Notes under the pieces: generated by a model
The model's database searches: none
The model's input: the letters and a program-made list of their open reading frames with translations, nothing else
What the model was told of the DNA's origin: nothing
Shown here: one piece after another, positions 34,592 through 44,713 of the stretch
Position numbering within the stretch: position 1 is the first letter of the stretch
How the letters are laid out: every line of letters starts with the position of its first letter
Position numbers and translations under genes: made by a program
From: Setoptus koraiensis
Taxonomy: Eukaryota > Animalia > Arthropoda
Direction of reading: 5' to 3'
Assembly (NCBI GenBank): GCA_048013815.1
Contig: CM106585.1
Span: forward strand, 11,904,001-11,968,000
Length of the DNA stretch: 64,000 bases

Positions 34592-37219
34592 GAAAAAAGT
34601 TGCAGTGAGACAGCCGATAGTGTGTTTGTGTGTGTTTGTCAGTCTAATAGTCTCGTCGATGGCAGCGACCAAGGTGGTATTACTTCCTATTAGAGCACAT
34701 GCGTTTGTATTATGTAACATGCAGTGTACACAGCGACGAATGCAAGTGAATGGGACGAATATTGATCGATTTGGTCCGATTAGAGACTCGAGGAAACTCA
34801 CACACACTGGCTGGCCAGAGTCTGGCAGTTTCCACGACACACTCACGAGCGGCGCGGATGTTCAAAAGTCGTCGTCGGATTATCGCCAACGAAATCTTAT
34901 TACACATTATTACATAATAATGGCATACAATGGCAACAACAGCCGAACGCGATTGCCGTCGAATCGTCGAGTCGCCGAATCGTCGAGTCGCCAAATCGCC
35001 GAATTGAATTAGGCTCAACAACGACCGACAGTGCAACAGGTGATCGAATTACAGGCCACTCGTATGGGCGCCGATGAGCTCGCCAGAATTCGTCGCTCGC
35101 CAGTTGTTATCGGCCGGGCATGGCGTGTGTATTGTTGGGCATGGGAAACAGTTGAGGTTGCGAGTGTGTGAATTATTGCAGTGTTTGCGGCCGCCATTGC
35201 CATCCGCACAATCACTGCAACAATGGCCACCAATTCGCCAGCGTTGTCGGCGCTGTTCATGCAAAATGCCAATATTATCCAATCGCTGGTGTTGCGTAAT
35301 CGCTGGCGCTTGGCGCGTAGTAATTGGCTCTAGCTAACAGACGATTTGCTCAGGCGCCAATGGACGCGCCATTGCGACGCTAAAAACAAATTCACTTTTT
35401 GTTGCACAACACAAATCGTGAATTTAAATCAAATCGAAGCCGACCCATTGATGGCCCCATTGCCGGCCACCGATAATTGAACCTTGTTGCATAATACGGC
35501 TGCAGATGTTTGTTTCTCAAGTGACTCTCGCTTGCGTCGCTTCGTTTGTTTGTCCGCTCGTCACTTATCCGTTCGTTCGTTCGTTTGTTTGTTTGGCCAT
35601 TCGTTTGTTTGCTTGCTTGCAGCCACTGGCCAGGGGATTTATTAATGTGAGACATTCATTAGCTTTGGGCCATCTGATGACACTGTCACCCATAATCATG
35701 AATCTGTGCCGTATTTACATGCGAGTGTGTGTTACTGGACATCAGGCTCAAATGGCCAAAGTGGCGTGCAACTGAACAAAACCAGACCAGTTACTTCTTT
35801 TCGTCGTCGTTTATCTATTCTCTACGCTTCTTTATTTGCTTTATCGCTTTCTCTTTGCTGTCTCTACAGCAACAACATTCGAGCAAGCAACATGCGACTT
35901 GTCCTACTGAGATATGGTTCGAGCCATTCGAGCCGCATGTAACCAGCAATGTCTAGCAACGCCTGCCGCTTTGAAACGCTAATAATTGATTACATAATAC
36001 AGTGTACTTGTTGTTGTTGTTGTTTACTTTCGTTCTTTTCGTATTTTCGTCTTATTTATGTTTACTTTCGATAGTACACTATGTAACTTTACCGTTGTAG
36101 CCGTTTTATGTGTCTGTCAGGCGATTTTATTTATTTATTTCATTTCGTTCCATTTTGTTTGCTCGTTGTTGTTGTTGTTGTTATTATGGCCTGCTTGTTG
36201 CTGTTAGTATTAACAAGCAACGCTAGCAGTAGTAGTTTATTGTCGCTTGCTTGAGCGAATTCTCATTCAGTTCAAAATACTCAATCAATGATACAAACTG
36301 ATGAAATTTAAGCCTCGATCAGCCATCTCTTTCTTACTATTGAATTCGCGCCGAGCTGTTAGCAAACAAGGGGCTTTTCATGAGCAGATATCAACAGCGG
36401 CCAGCGAAACAGGCGTCAGTATAAACGGGCATGCAGCTCGATACCGAGTGAAGACGATACGAGAAAAACAAGTTTGTTTAGTATTGACATTCTCATTTAT
36501 GTCCACTCGTCTGGCCGTTACATTCGCTCTGTAGAACCTATAAATCACTGCCACTACTTACTGTATTACCGAATTTCGGGGTGACATCTTAGCGTTTATT
36601 AACGCTGTTTGCCACACAAATAATTATAATGTCGTTAGGTGCAATTACAAGTTTACTCTCTCTCTCTCTCTCTCTCTCCCCTCTCTCTAATGGCCGCTTT
36701 GTTAATAGCGATCAATTAGCAATGGCGCAATCGATTGGCCCCAGCTTGGTCGAACTGGACTCCAAATCGCGAATTTGAGCGTTTCTAGACGTGCCCAGTT
36801 CCAAGTGCGTCCCGTTCGCAACGATGACTTTGCTAGCATTGCGGAACGAACGCTCGCAGCAGGCGGAAAATTTTCTCGGCCAAAAGGCGATCGGGAGATA
36901 ATCCTCGCCTGTATGTAACCGCCCTCCCCCCCCCCCAAAAGGTCCTCTCGATGGTCGAGAGGCTCGCTCGGAGATCATTACATCAGAAAGACCAATTCTG
37001 CCCAAGTTACTTCTGAACGCGTTTGAAAAGAGCGCCATTTCTCTAGCCAGCTGTGGCACCTTGAGAGTGATACTGGTCAACATCTGACGCTACTCCAGTG
37101 CCAATTGTTTCATTTGGGCCACTTGTTTTTTTAAGTTAGCTGCCTATTCTCCGGATATATTATACATATATTATTAGATGTCGAGATAAGCAAAATTATA
37201 TGGTCATACCCAGACCGAT

Positions 37220-38962
37220 ATGGACAGCCCACGCCTGCACGACCTTCACGCTCAAGCCAGGGAGGCCGCGGAACGGTTGGAGAAACTCAGAGATGAAGGC
37301 TATCAATTGCTGGCAAAACACGACCAACTGAAGAAAAAAATCGATCAGACAATCGGCATCGAGTTTCTGGACAAATTCAATGCCTCACAACAGTCACATT
37401 GGCTCATCAACAGATTGCGAAAGATCAAAGATATCCATTTGTACTTGGAGGCAAAATTCGAATCATTAGATCTGTTGGATATTATAAGTAAATTTCAAGA
37501 GTTAGCAAAATGTTGCACAGAACTATTTATATTCAAGGCATGCCAATTTGACGTGTACGCTAACAATGTTCTTGTTTTCTGGAAGAATAAGCTCACCACT
37601 AGACTTTCGGACGAGTTCACCAAAGAATACTTCTCCAAAGTCAAATGGCCCAAGGTGCCCATCAACAAAATACAACATTCCTCCAAGAGCTCACCAGTTG
37701 CGCCCTTTCAGTCAATAATAGAAAAGTTCAAACTTTATATCAAAATCCTAATAATATTATCAAGCACTGAAACGTTGAACGACAAACCGCTAGACAATTC
37801 CAAACAAATCTGCTATCCCATACGTTTGATGTTGGAGCCAATCAAGGTCCGTTGCATCCACCATTTTATAAAGTCATCCAAAACGAATATACTAGCCAAG
37901 CCGGAATGGTACATGAATCTTGCCCTCAAGTGGATAGATGAAAACGCCAAATTCATTCAGGATGTAGTAGATCCAGTCGTGGGCGAATTCAGTCAGTACC
38001 CAGGTGCCTATCTGCAATTTGTTATGGGCATGATTGAGTTGGTGGCCATGCGACTCAAAGAGGACATAGTCAAAGTATCTAAAGGCATAGCAGACTCAGA
38101 GGATCCAAGTAGATGCGAACTTTATAATGGCATAGATTACAATAATATCTTCATTCAGATTTACACCGAGCTTACGATCTTTCTCAAGGAGATAAGAAAT
38201 CTCATCGGTGATGATAATTATTATAACTTTGAAGAATCACACGATTTATTAGCGATTTTGCTGGACAAACAAGAATTCGCAGAAAAAATTCTTGATCTGG
38301 AACGTAGTGGCGCTTACAAGCTTATCAAATCGATCACTTCATCTGATACATGCTGGAAACGACTGCTAGATGACGAGTTCGATGATCAGTTCAAAATCAC
38401 AGAATGTACTGATAGATTTATTCTCATGATACAATCCATATCTGAACGCCTGGAAAGTTTCAAACTGATTGATATTCAGCATCAGCTTGTCGAGCTCTTA
38501 TGTGATTTATTTGAGAGCTTTCTCGACAAACTCGAGAGCAAACTTCCCAGATTTGGATCAACGCAATTTGTCAAGGAATTATTCCTACTAGATCGTGCTT
38601 ATGGACTCGAAGGTGTTCAAAGAGGACTTAGACATCCCTATTTCTCCATACTAAACAATGTCAACTTTATACGTATGATCCTTCATGAACGTTCATTCTT
38701 GACGCAGCGCGTTCTTGACAATCTCGACAAGAATCCCAGTTTAGTCAAGGCTATTAGTGAGATATCGTCTAGGTACAAGCAACAATATAACGACATGATA
38801 GAGTATACTCTGGCTGTTTATGATGAATCAGAATGTGAATTAGGGTCGTTTTTGAGTTATGTCAAACCTCAAGTGCCTCAAAACGTTTACGAACATATTA
38901 AAGACGAAGCACAAAAGAGGTATCAGGAAAAGAAAACAAGGAGGCTTCTTTCAATGGAATGA
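37220..38962 (+). CDS. RINT1: RINT1/TIP20-like ER-Golgi tethering (NRZ complex) subunit, 580 aa, intronless
   Basis: PIRLMLEPIKVRCIHHF...KTNILAKPEWYMNLALKWI matches the RINT1/TIP20 signature. The protein has an N-terminal coiled coil and a helical body. Confidence 0.88.
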   Translation: MDSPRLHDLHAQAREAAERLEKLRDEGYQLLAKHDQLKKKIDQTIGIEFLDKFNASQQSHWLINRLRKIKDIHLYLEAKFESLDLLDIISKFQELAKCCTELFIFKACQFDVYANNVLVFWKNKLTTRLSDEFTKEYFSKVKWPKVPINKIQHSSKSSPVAPFQSIIEKFKLYIKILIILSSTETLNDKPLDNSKQICYPIRLMLEPIKVRCIHHFIKSSKTNILAKPEWYMNLALKWIDENAKFIQDVVDPVVGEFSQYPGAYLQFVMGMIELVAMRLKEDIVKVSKGIADSEDPSRCELYNGIDYNNIFIQIYTELTIFLKEIRNLIGDDNYYNFEESHDLLAILLDKQEFAEKILDLERSGAYKLIKSITSSDTCWKRLLDDEFDDQFKITECTDRFILMIQSISERLESFKLIDIQHQLVELLCDLFESFLDKLESKLPRFGSTQFVKELFLLDRAYGLEGVQRGLRHPYFSILNNVNFIRMILHERSFLTQRVLDNLDKNPSLVKAISEISSRYKQQYNDMIEYTLAVYDESECELGSFLSYVKPQVPQNVYEHIKDEAQKRYQEKKTRRLLSME

Positions 38963-39284
38963 TTTTCCATGACTCCCCATTTCCCGAAGAATAAGATCAT
39001 CATCTAAAAGTGATCGAGGATTTTCGGATATTTCCTGTTTCGATTGCGACAATCAGCCCAGTCGGTAGGAATATGGATCAATTTGTATGACAAGAATCGC
39101 AATAATTTTATCTCGAGACGAATAAAAAAATACGAGGCCTCCGGACCTCGAGTTTACGAGTTGTTTTTCCCCTGGTGTTCATCATTAATAAAGTAAAGTT
39201 TCAAATTTGATTGGCATGAATCAAATTGCGTTCGTCTGAACGTCATTGTTCCTAATTTGGACCAGACGATCTAGTTTGCTTCTC

Positions 39285-40335
39285 TCACGAGAGTTTTTCT
39301 CTCGTGCCTAATTGTTTTTTCCTTTGCGACCACATGTAACTCATCAACATAAGTATTGCTTTTGTTTGCATGTTGGAATTAAAAGTTAATTAAAATTGAA
39401 TTACAATTGTATCTAATGCTCAATATAATAAATGCAGTTCTTCTAGCAATATTGAATTCACATGAATGGACTTACTCGGGTATAAGAAGACTCCCACGTA
39501 AACCCTCAGTGCGGTGGGCAAACAAAACGAAATATTATACTCGTTTGGCAGCGCCAATGACCATTTCCCTGTTTTCTCGTAGAAATCAATACTGTTCAGC
39601 ACAACCATGGCTTCATGTTTTAATTTCGACGTTTGATAAATTGAAAAAGATAGCTGGAGTTAGCTGATACCGATCAATTAGCTGTGATGAAAGTTGTGAC
39701 AAATGTCATGCCATCAAGTGATGACTTACTCTCACAAAATCCTCCACAAGGGTACAGTGGTAAAAAGAGCGAATATCTTAGCCAAGTCAAGAGTTTAATC
39801 TCTTTGTTGATCACCCTCAAGGCGTAATAGGGATATCTAATGATCTCAATGGCAGACCAAACTATAAACAGATAAACAACAAATGGCTGTGTATTGTGGC
39901 GAATCTCTAATTCGTCCAAGAATATCATGACAAAGAACCTGCCAATAATTTGGGCGAATGGCATGAACGGTCCACCAGGAACTAGTCCCAGTATTGGATG
40001 AATAGATTCGATGAATTGCGTTATAGTTAAAAATTTAACCACAGAACATGCCGATGCTATTGTCTCTTCCGTTACAGATTGTGTCAGTGTCTTCGTGATG
40101 AGAGTGATGAAAACAGATAGAAATCCGACGGATAGGGTGAAATTGTACAAGAATAGATACAATTTACCAAAATTGAAGCCGGCCGCTGTTGATGAGAAAC
40201 AAAATTGCATTAATTAATTAGTATGATGGTTGACTTATGTAAACTAATGAATTATAAAATCAATTGAATTTTCAATCATTCAGTAATATTCGTACGTTGC
40301 CTTGCCATCGAATTGCTTTGCTCGCGGAGCTTCAT
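39285..40335 (-). CDS. HACD3: Very-long-chain 3-hydroxyacyl-CoA dehydratase (HACD3-like, PTPLA family), 234 aa; exons 40335-40296, 40185-39730, 39610-39476, 39358-39285
   Basis: YLFLYN, WSAIEIIRYPYY, LTWLRYSLFLPLYP and the catalytic Y-x6-E (YPCGGFCE). Splicing at GT-AG introns of 110, 119 and 117 nt joins the pieces into ...CETMVVLNSIDFYEKTGKWSLALPN...LYPTILMLMSYMWSQRKKQL. Exon 1 is the least certain part, and the paralog assignment (HACD3 versus HACD1/2) is moderate. Confidence 0.85.
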
Positions 40336-41054
40336 TGTTGCTTTTTGAATTTAAATATCTACGATGAAAATCGTCAGTTATAGTAAACGTTGTTCCTTCC
40401 TTAAATGACTTCACACTTTGGCTAATAGCTACAATGATGGGCCGATCAACTCTTAATTGCTAGGGTGAAAATTGTTGGAGCAAAAATTTCTGTGAATCGG
40501 AATGGACCGTATGAATATTTTCAGAGAAAATCAGTCGAAATATCTATTCCGAATATATGATCATTGAAACATAAGTCTCATCGAGTTCACACACTGATAC
40601 CTACAACTGAGCTGGAGGAGGCCTTGTATAGAATGGCGATCCTTGTCAATAGTTGACAGGAATGAGAAGAGGAAAAAATGTCATTTTCCTTTCACTTTTC
40701 AGTGTAAACTCACATACAATAGACATGAGAGGCAATAGCTTGGATAAATTGAACAATGAGATAGTGACAACAAAAATGAGCCTGCCATGAGATATACAAT
40801 GGACGAATCAAGGCTCGCCTCGTTCAATGCTCAACTCTTGAAGAGGAAGATGTCGCTGAAGCTTCTTTCAATAAATGGAGGTAAGAGCAGATTACGTCAT
40901 AAATCGTATGATATCTGATAGATATTCCATCGATAATCGATACAGCCTGCAGATGTTTTGAACGCTAAGAGATTGGTGCCTGAAAGACAAGATTCACAGG
41001 ATCAGATGATTGCGCCCACAAACATATAAAGTAATTTTAATTCCATTCCAACAC

Positions 41055-41330
41055 TGTCGTTCAACGTTTCAGTGCTTGATAATATTATTAGAATTTTGAT
41101 ATAAAGTTTGAACTTTTCTATTATTGACTGAAAGGGCGCAATGTTGTATTTTGTTGATGGGCACCTTGGGCCATTAGACTTTGGAGAAGTATTCTTTGGT
41201 GAACTCGTCCGAAAGTCTAGTGGTGAGCTTATTCTTCCAGAAAATAAGAACATTGTTAGCTTGTACGTCAAGTTGGCATGCTTTAAATATAAATAGTTCT
41301 GTGCAACATTTTGCTAACTCTTGAAATTTA
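41055..41330 (-). pseudogene. Inverted 276-bp fragment of the RINT1 coding sequence (source 37489-37784) with a 20-bp internal deletion
   Basis: The reverse complement matches TAAATTTCAAGAGTTAGCAAAATGTTGCAC...GAAACGTTGAACGACA of RINT1 almost base for base. It is frameshifted and absent from duplication copy B. Confidence 0.93.
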
Positions 41331-41571
41331 CAAGATTGATCTACAAGATTCACAGGATCCGATGATTGTGCCCACAAACATATAAGCAGAATGATTGGAT
41401 TGCTCTCAAAAATTTATTTGCAGCCTCGTCTATTATAATCGACCACCATTCACTAGTACAGATGAATGATTCCGATACCACCCGCGATTCCTAGGATTTC
41501 TAGAAATGAATCTGGCGTGAGACTCTCATAAGCCGCTCTAACAAGCATGCATATCATCAGTTAAATCGGCG

Positions 41572-43512
41572 TTAGTTTTGGATTTTTTCTACGGCTCTGC
41601 TATCGATCTCAGAGCCTCTTTTTTCTTTTTTTTTCTTTTTTCCGAGCCTCCAATCCCAGGGTCCCAATCCTTTCATAGCTAAAGCTTGCCCATATCTTTG
41701 AAGTTTCCTTGGTTTGCGTGTGGTCCATCTAATTGAGGCATGACATTTCGTCAGAAATAGATGAGGAAGATGTTTGTTTTAATTAATGAGTCGAGTGTTC
41801 ATTCAGAGAGGCAAATTAAAACAAATTGTGATCAACCAAAGGTATGTGATGATAAGGGCGATTCTCTCGAATCAATAGGGAGTAATTAGGGAGAATGGTC
41901 GGCAGCGATGTCCTATATTGTAAATGATTTCTCTAAAAATAATACCCATTTATGTTGTTACTTACTCGTTTTTAGCTGGATCGTATGCTTCAACTTTATC
42001 CGAATATTCCCCATCACCATTGATGCCTCCAACTGCAAAAATGAGTTGATTCAACACGACCAGACTGAGATCGGCTCTTGCCTCGCACATGGGTGCTATT
42101 GGCTCCCATTTATCTTCTCGGGGATCGTACCTCTCGCCGGAACTCAGGAGCGGGCCGCCCCGTCCCCCTACGACGTAAATGTAGCCGTTGTATGGGGTGC
42201 ATCCGAACAAACTGCGTGCGGTTGTCATCGGCGAGACTAACTGCCAATGATCGGGGCTATCCAGGCGTTCAACTGATGCAAGAACGTGGTCCCTTTCGGT
42301 TTTTCCGCCGATAACGTATATGAGGTCGTTCAGAGTGGCAACACCAAATTCGTATCTGCGACATCTGGGATATTGAAATTCCAACCAATCATTGGTGAGT
42401 GGTTGGTACAATTCAGCGGTCATATCACGGTTCTTTTCTGTACCTCCGATGACACATAGATTGCCTGCTACTATTGCTGTGGCCGCATTGTGTCGGGCCG
42501 ATTTCAGCGGTGGCATGCGCGTTGTTTTTTTGGAAAATACATCGTAACAAGATATATTCCTGTTATTCCGGAAGAACGGTGAGCCAAAATATAGGATATT
42601 GTTCGATTCGATAACCGCGAAGTCATTCGAAGCCATTGGAAGTTCTGTCACTGTCCACTTGTCTTCATTGGGATCATATCTTAGGGTAGGTTTACCGCCT
42701 GCGAAGATATACAAACACGTATGATGAGGACACTCAAGTGAATAAAATGAGCGAGCATTACAGGCGACAAAGCAAGCAGCACGATGATTTTGCGCCTTGA
42801 TTACGTATCCTAGACATCGCTGGTTTGATAGGATAATTGGATCACAAGCGACTCTGTCCATTTCCGACGCGCTCATCTCGGTTAGTCTAATTTTTTCAAA
42901 CAGATCAGCAAAATGTTCTGACTTGTTGCTGTGAGTGATCCACTTCTTGACAGTCTCAAACACAGCATATTCTGATTCTGCGACCAATCTGTCATCGCCC
43001 ACGAACTCGAGCATTTGTTCCACTGACAATAGCGCAAATTGATCGTCCTCCAAATCGGGCAAATTTCTCAAGATGTATCTTTCGGTTGCATGAGTGAGTT
43101 CCACAATTTTGTATCTATTACCGATGGCAAGTGTATCAACACAATTAGACGGATCTAAATTTTCCAGCAGATGATGGATGCATTTTTGCTCTAACGGTCC
43201 TATTTGCATTATGAGAGCTGCCTCCAATAACTCGAGAACGTTCTCATTGGCTACTTCTGTTTGGTGCGTATAAACATAATCTCTCACCTGTTGAACAATT
43301 CCGAATGGTATCTGGTGTATGACCGCTTTCGATTCTATTGATTCCTTGTAGCCGCTCGTTAGCATGGATCTGAAATAAGGCGTCGCCGCAACGAGGACAC
43401 ATCGGTGCGCCGGGATCGTTTTACCCTCGACCATCAGCGTAAAATCAAATTTCTTTCCGTGTGTGAGAATTTTTTTTCCACATAAATGTCTCAAATCCTT
43501 TAGGTTCGTCAT
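41572..43512 (-). CDS. BTB-BACK-Kelch (KLHL family) protein, copy A, 567 aa; exons 43512-41966 and 41728-41572
   Basis: BTB (AHRCVLVAATPYFRSM), BACK (SEYAVFETVKKWI) and Kelch blades. Donor GA|GTAAGT at 41965 and acceptor TTAG at 41730-41729 give DPAKNE-WTTRKPRKLQRYGQALAM...GKKKKKEKR...QN*. The start is taken at the shared MTNLKDL. Confidence 0.9.
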
Positions 43513-43949
43513 ATTGGAGCGTTGGTATGATTGCAAAACTATTGGTGGTCTGCAGCAACTTCAACTTCTTCGGTGTTTATGTTCGTTTTGCAACAGTTTT
43601 TCTGGACATCTCTTCCTCGGCGTTCGTTCACCTGTTCATGCATTCATGTGACGAGTACACGTGTTTTTCGGCGCGAGCTGACTCATTGACCAGCTTTTTC
43701 CTGCTTGAGATCTTGTAGATAAGCATTCGCGCCATCGATGGTCACTCGCTCACACCGTATGAGTCACTCGCTCACATCGTGTGAGTCGTCACACTGCAAA
43801 TCAACGAAAATCCAACAGCGCCGCTCTAGCGGATACCCAAATAAATTCAGCGGGGGACGAAGTGGACACGCAAGAAGTTGGAGCTCAGCACCGAAAACAG
43901 AGACCAAAAGTTCAAAATTATTATTCAAAATTATTTCCATGACCCTTAA

Positions 43950-44248
43950 TCAGACGTCGTACGTGGAGCTGGAAACTGCCAGCACCATCACGAACCACAT
44001 GGCTACTAGGGCCGACACAACTAGCAGGCCGAGAATCGATCCCATCTGAGCGCCCCACGCCACATTTGTGTCATTGTTTGCGTCTCCGCTGCCATAACTG
44101 TCCTCTACTAATTTAAATTCATTTTCGCCCCGTTCACTGTTAGAACACATTCTCAGAATTCATTGTCACACCAATGGATATCTCGGCGTCGTTTCGAGGT
44201 TTCAACGAATCAAACACGACGAGATTCTCCACTCTGTCGGGGACACTT
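43950..44248 (-). pseudogene. Truncated, internally deleted copy of the 47423-48838 secreted/TM protein gene
   Basis: It carries the TM-coding 3' end (GSILGLLVVSALVAMWFVMVLAV) joined directly to the 48104-48209 segment. About 490 bp are missing and there is no 5' end. Confidence 0.9.
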
Positions 44249-44299
44249 ACTGTTTATTTGAATTGTCTGGCTGTTTGAGATCGTGTATCAATTCGATCC

Positions 44300-44713
44300 A
44301 TGACAATCCAAGAATGCCTCATTACGCTTAGGTCCTTTCGGTTATCGCTTCACCTATTCCCCAATCTAGAACAGTTGCATTTGACTAGGAACATTTATAC
44401 TTTCAATCAGGATGACTTCCAGCATGCTTGTCACTATAAACAAATTCAATGTCTCAAATTAATATTACCCATTCTGTGTAAGCACTACTCAATCTTATCT
44501 TGGTTACTTAACCAATTCGAAGAAATCCAACTGTTACATTTTACCTCAATTAACGGGCTGATTAGTAAGAAGAGGCACCATTATAGACGCCATAGAGAAA
44601 GTGTTGATGAATGGATCTGGAGTGAGAATTTGAGAAGAGATACTCAAAACAACTCTCGCTCAACTCTTGAAGAGGAAGAAGTCTCTGAAGCTTCTTTCAA
44701 TAAATGGAGGTAA
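44300..44713 (+). pseudogene. Possible remnant of an LRR-like coding region (137-aa ORF)
   Basis: The LxxLxL-type pattern FPNLEQLHL / IQCLKLIL is suggestive only. The final STLEEE..EASFNKWR* is duplicated at about 40830-40883 with a stop-interrupted upstream frame. Confidence 0.3.

Larger units (their letters stand above)
40829..44248. repeat. Segmental duplication copy A (derived), homologous to 44658-48209
   Basis: Direct-orientation, high-identity alignment starting at GCTCAACTCTTGAAGAGG. It covers the intergenic DNA, the Kelch gene and the 3' end of the secreted-protein gene, with one insertion and internal deletions. Confidence 0.93.

Noticed and set aside
17325-36534. More than 150 short ORFs in the GC-rich domain
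   Set aside because: They are R/A/P/S-rich products of high GC and tandem repeats, overlap in all frames, and show no conserved motifs.
36712-37083. 123-aa ATG-initiated ORF divergent from RINT1
   Set aside because: No family signature, and it spans a G-homopolymer. Neither strand gives a convincing protein, so it cannot be supported without expression data.
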